Source: the human T2T-CHM13v2.0 reference genome, Homo sapiens. Taken from it: a stretch of DNA of 64,000 nucleotides. Where the stretch lies: NCBI RefSeq assembly GCF_009914755.1, contig NC_060935.1, one strand, 5' to 3'. The notes under the pieces are model-generated. The model had not been told where the DNA came from, searched no databases, and saw only the letters and a program-made list of their open reading frames with translations. The position numbers were made by a program, and so were the translations under genes. This document shows positions 41,830-55,718 of the stretch, one piece after another (within the stretch, counting starts at the first letter, position 1; each line of letters starts with the position of its first letter).

Positions 41830-43282
41830 TCATTCTTTCCTCAACTCCAGTCAAGTTTCCAAACTCAACATGTCTTTGTAATGACTCTGGTGAAGGTCAC
41901 CAATTACTTTTGCATTGCCAGTTCCAAAGGGCTGAAGAATCTGTCTTCTTCCCTCATCAAATTTGACTACCAACAACTTCCTACACAGTAGCCACCTCTT
42001 TTTAAACACTTCTTTTTTTTTCTCTTCCTCAGAATTACACTATCAGGTTTTTCTTCCTATTCCAATGCTTGCTCCTTCACAGCCTCCTCTGCTGAGTCTT
42101 CCTTTCCTCGACATCTATGTGGGATTTCCTCAGAGCTCTCTTAGCAGCCTCTTCTCTGAGAATCTTATCCAAACCGATGGCTTTAACAGATAACAAGATA
42201 CTAATGATTCTCAAATATCTACACTAGCACACACTACTTTGAACTCAGGACTTGTAATTCCACTTGCCTCTTGCCGTCTCTACTCGGAGGGTACTTTAGG
42301 GTACACACAGAGTATGCGGCCATTCCTTATTCTTTGCAGTCTTGTTCCCTCTGGCTTGCTCTCTCTCTCTCTCTATCTCTCGCTCTCTCCCCCCCTTCTC
42401 TCTTCTCTCTCTCTCTTTCCCTCTCTATCTCTCCTTTCCCTCTCTATCTGTCTCCCTCTTCCCCTCCACCCCCTACATAACCAATGCATCAAAAACTCTC
42501 TGGCTCTATTTCCAAAACATATGCCAAATCCATTAGCATCCCTCAACTCCTCTGATACTGCCATATTCCAGAGCCCCCATCATTGTTCATTCTGATTACA
42601 TCAACAGTTTTCTAAATAACTTCCTACCTCCTCTCTTTCCTCTCTCAACACACACATAATCTATTCTTGTAAGGTACTAGAATAAGCTGGTAAATTGCAA
42701 ATCAAATCATTCTCTTATACTCAAAACCCTCCAAAGGCTTCTTACTGTATTCAGAATAATATCCAAATCTTTTATCATGACCCCTGAGACTTTACATGAT
42801 CTAATCCTTGTCTGTCTCTGACCAGGGAGAAAATACTTCATCTTGCAGCGTGCTCCCCACTGGTCTTTTGTGATCTTTTGAAATAGACAGTGTAGTTCCC
42901 ACCTTAGGGCTTGTGTCCTGGCTGTTCCCTCTGTCTAAAATGCTCTTCTCTCAAATTTGTCCTTAGCTGACTCCTTGTGATCAGGTCTCAGCTAAAACAT
43001 AACTGTCTCTGAGAAGATTTCCTGAATATACCATCCAAACAGACTTCCTCTCAATTATGTTCTATTTGATCAACCTGGTGTTTTTCTCTTCATAGGGCAC
43101 ACATTATCTGAAATGGTCCCTTTGTTTTCTTTTATTCATCTGCTTATCATGAGTCCTCCCCACACCACTCTGCACAATGTTTAAGTCTAATAACAGCAGG
43201 AACTTTGGCAATCTTGTCTATCTCAGAGGCAAGGATAGTTTCTAGCAATAGATCCTAAATAGATATTTATTGATTGAATGTG
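41830..43282 (+). mobile_element. L2 LINE 3' portion (L2a-like) with internal (CT)n
   Basis: CTCTGGTGAAGGTCACCAAT, CTCAAAACCCTCCAAAGGCTTC, GGCTGTTCCCTCTGTCTAAAATGCTCTT and terminal ATATTTATTGATTGAATG. Confidence 0.8.
42358..42475. repeat. (CT)-rich polypyrimidine tract
   Basis: About 115 bp almost entirely C/T. Confidence 0.9.
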
Positions 43283-43319
43283 TGATCTGATTGGGAAATC
43301 TCAATATTGCAGAGATACT

Positions 43320-43320
43320 C

Positions 43321-43357
<37 letters not shown>

Positions 43358-43360
43358 GTG
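43320..43360. repeat. (TG)n microsatellite
   Basis: About 20 TG units with two interruptions. Confidence 0.9.
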
Positions 43361-43431
43361 TAAATTTAAAGTAATCCCAATCAGAATCTCAGTGATGTTG
43401 GTGCTTAACTTATCAATAAGAAGTCATTCTG

Positions 43432-45573
43432 TAGCAAACTGAATCCAACAGCACATCAAAAAGATAATGCACCATCATCAGGTGGGATTCATCCCAGGGA
43501 TGCAAGGATGGTTAAACATATACAAATCAATAAATGTGATATATCGCATAAACAAAAAAGGATAAAAATCATATTATCATTTCAATAGATGCAGAAAAGG
43601 GTAAAATTCAGCATCCATTCATGATAAACATCCTCAACAAAGTAGACATAGAAGGAACACACCTCAACATAATAAAGGACATATACAACAAACTCACAGC
43701 CAACATCTTACTTAACAGAAAAGTTGAAAGCATTCCCTCTAAGAAATGGAACAAGACAAAGATACCCACTTTTATCATTTCTATTCTCCATAGTACTGGA
43801 AGTCCTTGCCAGAACAATCAGGCAAGAGAAAAAAATAAAAGGCATCCAAATTGGAAAAGAAGAAGTCACATTATCCTTGTTCAATGATGATATGATCTTA
43901 TATCTAGAAAACTCTAGATACCACCAAAAATCTCTTATATTAGATAAACAAATTTCATAAAGTTTCAGGATACAAAATTAACAGAATCAGTAGTTTCTAT
44001 ACACCAATGATGATCTAACCAAGGGCTAAATCAAGAATGCAACCCCATTTACAACAGCTAAAGAAAATAAAATATCTAGGAATATATGTAACCAAGAAGG
44101 TGAAAGATACCTACAAAATTATGATGGAATAAATCATAGATGACACTAATAAATGGAAAAAATTCCATGCTTATAGATTGGAAGAATCATTACTGACCAA
44201 AGCAATCTACAGATTCAATGCAATCTTTATCAAATTACCAATGTCATTTTTCGCAGAATTATAAAAAACAATGCTAAATCTTATATGGGACAAAATAAAA
44301 ACCAGAATAGCCACAGCAATCCCAAGCAAAAGAACAAAGCTGGAAGCATCACACTACATGACTTCAAATTATACTTCAAGGCTATGGTAACCAAAGCTGC
44401 ATTGTACTGACATAAAAATACACACATAGATCAATGGGACAGAAGAGAGAACCCACCCCCCACCCCCAAAAGCCATGTACCTGCAACCAGCTGGTTTTTG
44501 ACAGGATCAACAAAAATGTGCACTGGGGAAAGGACACCCTCTTCACTAAATGGTGTTGGGAAAATTGGATACCCATATGCAGAAGAATGAAACTGGACCC
44601 CTATCTCTCACCACATGCAAAAACTCAAGATGGATTAAAGACCTAAAGGTAAGACCTGGAACTATAAAAATCCTAGAAGAAAGCCTAAGAAAAACTTTTC
44701 TGGACATTGGCCTAGGCAAAGAATTTATGACCAAGTTCCCAAAAGCAACTTCAGCAAAGCCAAAAATAGATAAATGGGACTTAATTAAACTAAAAGCTTC
44801 TGCACAGCAAAAGAAACAATCAACAAAGTCAACAGACCACCTAAAGAACGGTTTAAAAAAAAAAACTGTAAACTATGCATCTGACAAAGGGCTAAATCCA
44901 GAATCTACAAGGAACTCAAACAACTCAACAAATAAAAAAACAAATAACCCCATTTAAAAGTGGACAAAGGACATAAACAGACATTTTTCAAAGGAAGACG
45001 TATAAATGGCCAGCAAACATATTAAAAGTGCTGAACATCACTAATCAGAGAAATGTACATTAAAACACAATAAGATGCTATCTTACACCAGTCAGAATGA
45101 CTATTATTAAAAAGTCAAAAAACAACAGGTGTTAGTGAGGATGCAGAGACTAAAAAATGCTTATACACTGTTGGCGGAATGTAAATTAATACAAAATAGA
45201 ACTACCATTCAATCCATCAACCCCACTACTGGCTATCTACCCAAAGGGAAATAAATCATTATTTCAAAAAGATACCCACACTCATATGTTTATTACAGCA
45301 CTATTTACAATAGCAAAGTTATGGAATCAAGCTAAGTGTCCATCAACAGAGAAATGAGGAAAATGTGTGTGTGTGTGTATATACATATATATATATATAT
45401 ATTTTTTTATACATGCACACACATATACATATACACACACATACATATTTATACATACATATACATCCTACATGCACACATGCACACACCATGGAATACT
45501 ACTCAGTCATAAAAAAATGAAATGTCTTTTGCAGCAACATGCATGGAACTGGAGACCATTATCGTAAATAAAA
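43432..45573 (+). mobile_element. L1PB/L1MA-age ORF2 fragment lacking a 3' UTR
   Basis: ORF2 remnants in ORFs 43621, 43724, 44434 and 44550 ([15 protein letters not shown]; KIDKWDLIKLK); TG/TA/CA expansion at 45364-45488. Confidence 0.88.
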
Positions 45574-45624
45574 GTGAAGATTTAGGTACCTCATACCAAA
45601 TACATGAGGAGCTTAAAATCAGCT

Positions 45625-45720
45625 ATGGCTAAGGATATATACCCTAAAATCAGCAAATGCTACATATCAGGGTTTGTTTTACTCCTTCAGAGAGCTTGTT
45701 GTTTCCTGCACACCACTGTG
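45625..45720. mobile_element. MER63-like hAT fragment
   Basis: AAATCAGCAAATGCTACATATCAGGG..GAGAGCTTGTTG..GCACACCACTG terminus. Confidence 0.55.
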
Positions 45721-46109
45721 CCCAGGACGCATGCAAGAGAAAAGTTCTGAGGGTGAGAATAAAAACAAAGTGGCATAAGGTTGTAATTCTCAACAGGAAC
45801 CCACCTTTCTGAGATTTCCATCCCGACCTACATATTAAAGATGAAAAATCTCCAAATGACCTGCTTTTTTTGTAGTTCAATATTTCACTGTGAGTTCTTT
45901 GTATTTTACATGCAGATATACTTGAACATTGTATATTCCTAATTTTTCATCTTTTGAATCTCATATTCTGTAAGACATAAATTGATACAGCCATCAGTGA
46001 AGCATGTGGAGGCCCAGGATGGCAGGCAAGGTCAGTGAAGTAAAACGAGGGTCAGGAGTGAGCTACTAAAGCCAATGAAAGTGAGAATCCCAAGAAAAGG
46101 CAAATATGC

Positions 46110-46625
46110 TTCCAAATAAGCCACCTCCTCTCAACATGGAAGCCCGGGTCAGCCCAGGAGATATAAGTGAGACCATGCCACTCCTCTGTGGACAATGGTC
46201 TTCCAATGACTTTCCAACTCAACAAGAATAAAAGCTCCCATGGCAGTCTCTCCTCCTTTCTTGCTTTTTTTGATGATTGAGGCCTCCTTCCAATATACCA
46301 GCCATAATCCTACATCAGCAGAGAGGCTACATCCCAAATGGCTGTCCTCATGGCTTGCTATCTCATCCCCTTTACATCTTTAAAATGTCATCTTCCTTCA
46401 CCCTAGGCCCCCGTCAACGTTATGCTGTTCCATAACTCTTATCCCCTTATACCATAGAGTTTATTCTTTAACTGCCAATCTCTTCTCACTAGAATGGAAG
46501 CTGCATGAAGGCAGAATTGCTAAGTGTCTTGCTTGCTGCTATATCCCCTGTACCTAGAACACTGCCTGACAGAGAGTGAGTAGGTGTTTATTAAACATTT
46601 ATCGAATGAATGAGTGAGTGAATGA
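46110..46625 (+). mobile_element. L2 LINE 3' end
   Basis: CTAGAATGGAAGCTGCATGAAGGCAG..TATCCCCTGTACCTAGAACACTGCCTGAC..AAACATTTATCGAATGAATGAGTGAGTGAATGA. Confidence 0.8.
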
Positions 46626-49294
46626 GAAGTCAGCAGTGTGAAATTCTATGGGAAAGTTGATCAAAGGTCAATGAACTGGGTAAGGTCTGTGCAGTGTCGG
46701 ATGATGCCCAGGTCGACAACCTCAGGCAGGAAGAGAAGTGAGGAGGCAATCAATGGGTGTGCAGAAGTCAGCCCAGACACTCCCTTGCTGGGCTTGCCAG
46801 GGCTCACGTCCCACCTATGTTGAGGCCTCCTAGTCACTTTACACCTTCCCCTCAGCATCACACAGCCTTGAAAAATGTCTCTTTCCACTCATTTTTGGAA
46901 GGCACCACGACACACTAGGTGAGGGGAGAAAAACAGTTCATTTGATCGATTTCACTGTAACGGTCCTCTTGAGAGGAGAAGAGGCTGGGCTGGGAACATT
47001 CTTATTGTGTGGTTATAGTTTGGCTCCTGCTCATAAACAATATTTCCCCCACCCTCTCTGCAGATCCTTGTCTAAGGAATTCCTGCTTTCTATTTCCACT
47101 AAGGACATCAGGGAGCACTGGGAAAGGGGAAACATGGGTAAAAAGTACCCATAAGCTATGCGAGGAATCCCAGAAAATCGCCCAGAGGCAGAATGTGACT
47201 GAGGCAGGCTGCAGCAGCATGATGAGGTTTGAAATCTTCTCGTTGATCCCTTTCTATAGACCAGAACCCCTTTTCTGGCCACAGGTCCTTGGAGAGAGAG
47301 TCGCTTCCAGCACATCAAGAAAGGGAAGCACTGAGCATTTACCATTCAGTTAGCAGAGCCGAAATGCCAGGGGGAACATGAGGTCAGGAAAAGTGAAAGA
47401 AGGATCAGGAACTCCAATCAGGCAAGACCCAGAAATAGCAGAACTCTTGTATTCTCACTCACGAGGCCTTTCTATCCTGGGCTCCCACAGCAAGTGTCAC
47501 ACCTTGATTAAAACTTAGAATAGCCTGGGGTAGGCAGGAGAGGAGATGAGGAAAGCACGCTCAAATCAGTGCCTAGAATCATACATGGGGTCTCATCCAC
47601 AGAAGGAACACATGGGAAGCTCTCATCATGACTGCATATGCTGGCTTTTTCAGCAGGCAAACCTCGCCAGTGCTCTGTCCTGCTCTAAGGAAAAACGTAG
47701 CCTGGCCAAAGGTGTAGACTGAGTGGACAGGAAGGGAAGAGGGGGAGTGGGGACCATGGAGAGCTACAGCAGAGCTAGGAATCAACCTGCCTCCCCACCG
47801 CACTGGGTCCTGCTTCTCTGGGAGAGGATCCATTTCACAAACATGTGTTTCCTACTGAATGCTGGCCTCATATGGATGCTTTTGGCCTTTTTTTCTTTTA
47901 GTACTTAATCCCCTAGGAGACGAAACTCTCATTCCAAATCAGCTTTTCACCCACACTTTTTCTACCCTTGATAACAGCCTTATATAAAAGCAAAGGGAGG
48001 AACAACCCAAACGTCATGAAGATTTGAGGCTAAAATCATGGGTAAAAAGGCTGCTCAGAAGTTGCTGGGGTTTTTTTAATAACAAAGTAAGACATGGCCA
48101 TATGAATGGAGAGATAAGTCATTAGAGACTAAAACACGTCCCAGGGTTGCAGAAGAATTAAGTTGGAGACAATGATGCCCAACGATCAAAGGGGAAAATA
48201 AAAAGTAATCCTGATGTTAATATCAGGGAGACAGATAAGAGCTAAGCAGGCAATTACTGCCAAAAAAAAAAAAAAGTTTAAATTCAGTGCCCAGTAAAAT
48301 TTCTGAATAAATATTAACGGGAAATTTATAAGCACTTAGTGGCTAATGGAAACTTGAGGGAATGTCCTAACTGCGAGGTCTATTACATGGCAGAATAGTC
48401 TATTAGATGCAGAAGCAGTCTCCTTGGGGATACAGCAGCACCATCCCTGTGGGAGTCATTTAAAACAGGATAGAAAGGCACACTGGAGAATATGCCATAA
48501 GAAGCATCAGGCACCACCACGAGGCAAGGAGAAGGGTTCAGTTAGGCTCTGCTCCCTTTGGGAAGGACCACCTGTCAGTCCTTCGGAGCCCAGTATCTGC
48601 ATCTCAAACTGAGGGCTCCTCTCCCCTCAAAACTCTCCAATGCACCACCTGGGACCAGTGATGACAAGCGCAGGATTGAGGAGCTCATGACCTTGCCCCC
48701 CAGAAGGCCACCCCCATCCTGGCTGGGAGCCTCTGGCCTGTACCCTTCTGAGAGAAGATGGTAAGAGCACAGGAAGCCAGCCTGCTTAAGCCTGGAGCCT
48801 TGCACGCCGGGCAGGCCTCAGGGGCCACCCAGCACCCTTTGGGGAGATCCATGAAGGGCTCTTGCTGCCATTATTACACAAATGACATACAACTGTAGAC
48901 ATAAGTAGAAAGTGAGGATAAATACACAAGGCACCAAAATAAAGTCACCTCGAATCTCGTTCAGTCACATGGGTGCATAGCCTTCCCCCATGTGTACATG
49001 CATACTTTTTTTTACAGAAATGAGTTTAAACATAGCATTTTATAACCCATGAATATATTTCAAACCAATAAGACACTTCTACAACATCTTTTCTTAATAA
49101 CCATTATTCCACTGCATAAAGGCAGTATAACCTATTTCTCTATTGTTATACATCTCTTTGTCTCCATTTAAAAAAAAAATAAGCATGCATTTAGTGGACA
49201 TCATTGCAGTCATCTTAATTACTACATAAGATAAAATCATAAAAATAAAATTGTTGTGTCAAAGAGTATGCATAATATTTTAAGAGTTTTTTAA

Positions 49295-50453
49295 TGTTTT
49301 AGACATGAAGTCCCTGCCCATGCCTATGTCCTGAATGGTAATGCCTAGGTTTTCTTCTAGGGTTTTTATGGTTTTAGGTCTAACGTTTAAGTCTTTAAAA
49401 TTGACATATGGGATCTAATTAAACTAAAGAGCTTCTGCACAGCGAAAGAAACTACCATCAGAGTGAACAGGCAACCCACAAAATGGGAGAAAATTTTCAC
49501 ATCCTACTCATCTGACAAAGGGCCAATATCCAGAATCAACAATGAACTCAAACAAATTTACAAAAAAAAAAAACACACAACCCCATCAAAAAGTGGGCAA
49601 AGGACATGAACAGACACTTCTCATTCTCAAAAGAAGACATTTATGCAGCCAAAAAAACACATAAAAAAATGCTCACCATCACTGGCCATCAGAGAAATGC
49701 AAATCAAAACCACAATGAGATACCATCTCACACCACTTAGAATGGCGATCATTAAAAAGTCAGGAAACAACAGGTGCTGGACAGGATGTGGAGAAATAGG
49801 AACACTTTTACACTGTTGGTGGGACTGTAAACTAGTTCAACCATTGTGGAAGTCAGTGTGGCGATTCCTCAGGGATCTAGAACTAGAAATACCATTTGAC
49901 CCAGCCATCCCATTACTGGGTATATACCCAAAGGACTATAAATCATGCTGCTATAAAGACACAAGCACACGTATGTTTATTGCGGCACTATTCACAATAG
50001 CAAAGACTTGGAACCAAGCCAAATGTCCAACAATGATAGACTGGATTAAGAAAATGTGGCACATATACACCATGGAATACTATGCAGCCATAAAAAATGA
50101 TGAGTTCATGTCCTTTGTAGGGACATGGATGAAGCTGGAAACCATCATTCTCAGTAAACTATAGCAAGAACAAAAAGCCAAACACTGCATGTTCTCACTC
50201 ATAGGTGGGAATTGAACAATGAGAACACATGGACACAGGAAGGGGAACATCACACTCTGGGGACTGTTGTGGGGCGGGGGGACGGGGGAGGGATAGCATT
50301 GGGAGATATACCTAATGCTAAATGACGAGTTAATGGGTGCAGCACACCAACATGGCACATGTATACATATGTAACTAACCTGCACATTGTGCACATGTAC
50401 CCTAAAACTTAAAGTATAATAATAATAAAATAATAAAATAAAATAAAATAAAA
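49295..50453 (+). mobile_element. Young L1PA (L1PA4-like), 5'-truncated with a 5' inversion (twin priming)
   Basis: 49295-49398 is antisense ORF2; 49397-50453 is sense ORF2 C-terminus (ORF 49643-50164), 3' UTR GCTAAATGACGAGTTAATGGG (not the Ta ACA diagnostic) and a (TAAAA)n tail. Confidence 0.93.
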
Positions 50454-50461
50454 GTTTTTTC

Positions 50462-53051
50462 AATTTTATTTTTCCATAAGTTATTGGGGTACAGGTGGTA
50501 TTTGGTTACATGAGTAACTTCTTTAGTGGTGATTTGTGAGAGTTTGGTGCATCACCCAAGCAGTATATGCTGTACCATATTTGTAGTCTTTTATCCCTTG
50601 CCCCCTGCCACTCTTTCCCCCAAGTCACCGAAGTTCATTGTATCATTCTTATGCCTTTGCATCCTCATAGCTTAGCTCCTTTATATCTGTGAGAACATAC
50701 AATGTTTGGTTTTCCATTCCTGAGTTACTTCACTTAGAATAATAGTCTCCAGTCTCATTCAGGTCACTGCAAATGCCATTAATTCATTCCTTTTTATGGC
50801 TGAGTAGTATTCCATTGTATATATACCACAGTTTCTTTATCCACTCATTGATTGATTGGTATTTGGGTTGGTTCCACGATTTTGCAATTGTGAATTGCAC
50901 TGCTATAAACATGCGTATGCAAGTATATTATTCGAATAATGACTTCTTTTCCTCTGGGTAGATACCCAGTAGTGGGATTGCTGGATCTAATGGTAGTTCT
51001 ACTTTTAGTTCTTTAAGGAATCTCCACACTGTTTTCCATAGTGGCTGTTTTAGTTTACTTTCCCACCAGCAGTGGAGAAGCGTTCCCTGATCACCGCATC
51101 CACACCAGCATCTACCGTTTTTTGATTTTTTTATTATGGCCATTCTTGCAAAAGTAAGGTGGTATCGCATTGTGGTTCTGATTTGCATTTCTTTGACCAT
51201 TAGTGATATTGAGCATTTTTTCATATGTCTGTTGGCCATTTGTATATCTTCTTTTGAGAATTGTCTATTCGTATCCTTAACCCACCTTTTGATGGGATTT
51301 TTTTTTTCTTACTGATTTGTTTGACTTTGTTGTAGATTCTGGATATTAGTCCTTTGTAAGATGTATAGATTGTGAAGATTTTCTCCCCCTCTGTGGGTTG
51401 TCTGTTAACTCTGCTGACTGTTCCTTTTGCCCTGCAAAAGCGCTTTTGTTTAATTAGGTCCCAGCTATTTATCATTGTTTTTATTGCATTTGCTTTTGGG
51501 TTCTTGGTCATGAAAACCTTGCCTAAGCCAATGTCTGGAAGGGTTTTACCAACGTTATCTTCTAGAATTTTTATAGTTTCACATCTTAGGCTTAAGTCCT
51601 TAATCCACCTTGAGTTGACTTTTGTATAATGTGAGAGATGAGGATCTAGTTTCATTCTCCTACATGTGGCTAGCCAATTATCCCAGCATCATTTGTGGAA
51701 AAGGGTGTCTTTTCCCACTTTATGTTTTTGTTTGCTTTGTCAAAGATTAGTTGGCTATAAGTATTTGGGTTTAATTCTGGGTTCCCTATTCTGTTCCATT
51801 GGTCTATGTGCCTATTTTTATACCAGTACCACACTGTTTTGCTGACTATGGCCTAATAGTACAGTTTGAAATCAGGTAGTGTGACGCCTCCAGATTTGTC
51901 CTTCTTGCTTAATCTTGCTTTGGCTATGCAGGTTATTTTTTGGTTCCATATGAATTTTAGAATTGTTTTCTCTAACTCTGTGAAGAAGGATGGTGGTATT
52001 TTGATGGGGATGTGTTGCATTTGTAGATTGCTTTTGACAGTATGGTCATTTTCACAATGTTGGTTCTACCCATCCATGAGCGTGGGATGTGTTTCCATTT
52101 GTTTGTGTCATCTATGATTTCTTTCAGCATTGTTTTGTAGTTTTCCTTGTAGAAGTCTTTTGATTCTTTTGTTAGGTATATTCCTAAGTATTTTATAGCT
52201 TTTGCAGCTATTGTAAGAAGGGGTTGAGTTCTTAATTTGATTCTCCACTTGGTCACTGTTGGTATATAGAAGAGCTACTGATTTGTGTACATTAAACTTG
52301 TATCCAGAAACTTTGCTGAATTCTTTTATCAGTTCTAGGAGCTTTCTGGAGGAGTCCTTAGGGTTTTCAAGGTAAACGATTATATTGTCAGCAAACAGGG
52401 ACAGTTTGACTTCCTCTTTACCAATTTGGATGGCCTTTATTTCTTTCCCTTGTCTGATTTCTCTTGCTAGGACTTCCAGTACTATATTGAAGAGGAGTGG
52501 TGAGCGTGGGCATCCCTGTCTTGTTCCCGTTCTCAGAGGTAATGCTTTCAACTTTTCCCCATTCAGTATTATGTTGGCTGTGCGTCTGTCATAGATGGCT
52601 TTTATTACATTAAAGTGTGTCCCTTGTATGCCGATTTTGCTGAGAGTTTTAATCATAAAGGGATGCTGGATTTTGTCTAATGCTTTTTCACCAATTATTC
52701 TTATGTTTGGTCGTTTAACATAATCCCAAACTTCTTGGAGTCTTTGTTCATATTTTCTTATTCTTTTTTCTTTGTCATTGTTGGATTGGGTTAATTTGAA
52801 GGCCTTTTCTTCAAGCTCTGAATTTCTTTCTTCTACTTGTTCAATTCTATTGTTGAGAGTTTCCAGAGCATTTTGCATTTCTAAAAGTGTGTCCAAAGTT
52901 TCCTGAATTTTTGATAGTTTTTTCTTTAAGCTATCTATTTCCTTGAATATTTCTCCCTTCACTTCTTGCTTCATTTTTTGGATTGCCTTTCATTGAGCGT
53001 TTCCTTTCTCTGGTCCCCCCCGATTCACTTAATAACTAATCTCCTGACTTC
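50462..53051 (-). mobile_element. L1PB1-like LINE, 5'-truncated in ORF1, with an internal ORF1-to-ORF2 deletion
   Basis: 3' end TTTTCCATAAGTTATTGGGGTACAGGTGGTATTTGG; ORF 52108-52974 joins ORF1 ([13 protein letters not shown]) to ORF2 ([11 protein letters not shown]); TSD TAATATTTTA(A/G)GAG(T/C)TTT at 49273 and 53052. Confidence 0.92.
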
Positions 53052-55262
53052 TAATATTTTAGGAGCTTTGATTCTTGTTACTACGATGCTTTCTGGACAG
53101 GTGGAAGCTCCCACCAGCACAGTGTGAAAGTGAGATTTTGGTCACGTCGCTCTTGTTAACAGCATTTCTCCTTTGGGCCCTCATGCCTCTGGCTTTGAGT
53201 ATGCGTACAGAGCACACAGCCAGCTCAGTCCAGCTAGTGTCAAGCAGGAAAGGAAAAGGAAGGCCCCTTTAAATAGGCAGTTTGTGCTATTTCCCCAAAG
53301 AGAAGGAACTCAGCAAAAGGCTGCAAACTGTCTTAGAAGGAAGAGGCTATCTGCTTGAAACAGCCAAGACCTTTAGCTCAAATCCATTAATCCTCTTTAT
53401 TAAACCTGGGTCACCTCTGAGTCCCGGCAAATTAACCAGCATCTCCCCACTGCAAGTGAATCGAGAGACAGTGCACTGCACACTGCCTGTCAGTTTCACG
53501 GACCAGGGCACCAGGGTCAGAAGGCTTCCCAGGCTCCATCCTCTGCTTTTGTCAATTTAAAAGGGAACATCAGCTGCACTTGTATAAATTACAGGCCAGG
53601 CTGTGTGAGGGCCGGGGGCCAAGGCAGCATCTCTGCACCACCGGAGAGGAGAGGAGAGGGTGCCGGGCAAGCGGCGGTTGCTCCAAGGCTTCCCTTCATT
53701 CCAACACCTCTGAGTGTGTACAGGAGCTCTGAAGGGGTCCAGTTCAGAGTCCAGAGTGAGCCCAGGTCTCTCCCAGGAGCACCTCTCCTGGCTTCCCTGC
53801 GTTTTCTGCTTTACTCCCTTCCAAAGCTGGCAAGGAAGGCCTGAAATTCTACCTTTGCTGGGTCAAGACATGAAGTAGAGACAATGCCAGAGCCAAATGT
53901 GGAAGGGCCAGAGACAGAGGGAGACAGAAGAGGAGACAGAGAGACTGAGGCAGTGAAAGGACACAGACGAGACCCAGAAGAGTCAGAGAAAAGAGAGTCA
54001 GAACTAGAGCAATCCCAGGAAACCGGGCACAATATCGCGCAGGGCCCCTTCTCTCCAGCCTTCCTCGCACCATCTGGGCCTCCCAGGGCCTAAGACAACT
54101 GTACTTGAAAATATAGTGGGTCCTTCTCCCCACCCATCTGGCTAAAGCTTAACAGTTACTCAAAGAACAAGTGCGGTCTCAGCTGCAAGACAAATGTAGG
54201 CACATAGATGCAGGCCTTATTGGAACCAAAGTCCAGTAGCGTCGCACATCTGATTTTATGCTCCACTTAATAGGAAGGATATGAAAACCAGGGAGGTCCC
54301 AAAGGAGAACTGCAAAAAGGATTTAAGCATGAGAAATGAATCTTATAAAACAAGGCAGGCCAGAGGAGTGATCTGTGGTCACTTTAGATGTAAGAATAAC
54401 AGCTACCATGGATGGAGTTATGGAACCCAACAGGCTCTAAGATGGAATGATGGCTTTATGTTTACAAGAACCCTGTGTGATATGTGGTAAGATTGTTACC
54501 ACTGTACAGATGACTACAATGAGGCACATGAGGTTCTCCTACATGTTCAAGTCCACAAATCCCAAGCCTGGAAGCTACAGGGCCAGCGTTGGATCTTGAC
54601 CTGGAACCACCATGGTATTTATGCCACTGCAGTCACTGAAGGACGGTGACACAATGCTCCCTGTCCACTGAGGACAAGCTGAAAAGCCGTCCAGCTCCCT
54701 CCAGAAGTCAACGTTTTTGCTGACCTGGCAGCAAACCAGCCCATATGGAAAGTGGAGAGTGAGGGAAAAAGTCTTGGGAACCAGGGATTTCGGGCGAGGG
54801 GCAGGCAGGGTCAGAGGAACTAGTGGGCATGAAAGCAAGTTTCCTTACACAACATCTCCATCGCATTCCCAATAGGAAAGAAAAATGGTGCCTAGCTTTG
54901 TTTAATATTTTCTCCTGCTATCCAAATAGTGTTAACATCTGTTACATTTCCAATCGGGAAACAAATACATGCATCAGTGTATATGCTAATGATCCCTGGC
55001 CTCCCCTCCTGTGGGGGAGAAATGGAACCTTAACCCCTTTGCCACCGTGCTCACTCTTCTGACCTTTCCTTGGTCCCAAGGGAAGCCCATGCTTTGAGAT
55101 TTTGAGGCTCTTTGTGGGCTGCACTCGTAGTTCATCTCTACCCTGGAGGCAGACTCTCTGATGGATTTGGGAGAGAATATCTCACAGCCTGGAAGAAGGG
55201 TCACCCACCTGCTGCCTGGGAGTAGAAGAGGTTTGTTGGGGTTTTTTTTAAAATAATAATAA

Positions 55263-55718
<456 letters not shown>

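Noticed and set aside
49643-50164. 173-aa ORF with a strong protein-like signature
   Set aside because: It is the C-terminus of L1 ORF2p in a truncated insertion, not a host gene.
53884-54093. Charged E/R-rich ORF
   Set aside because: Arises from low-complexity GA-rich sequence; no homology recognised.
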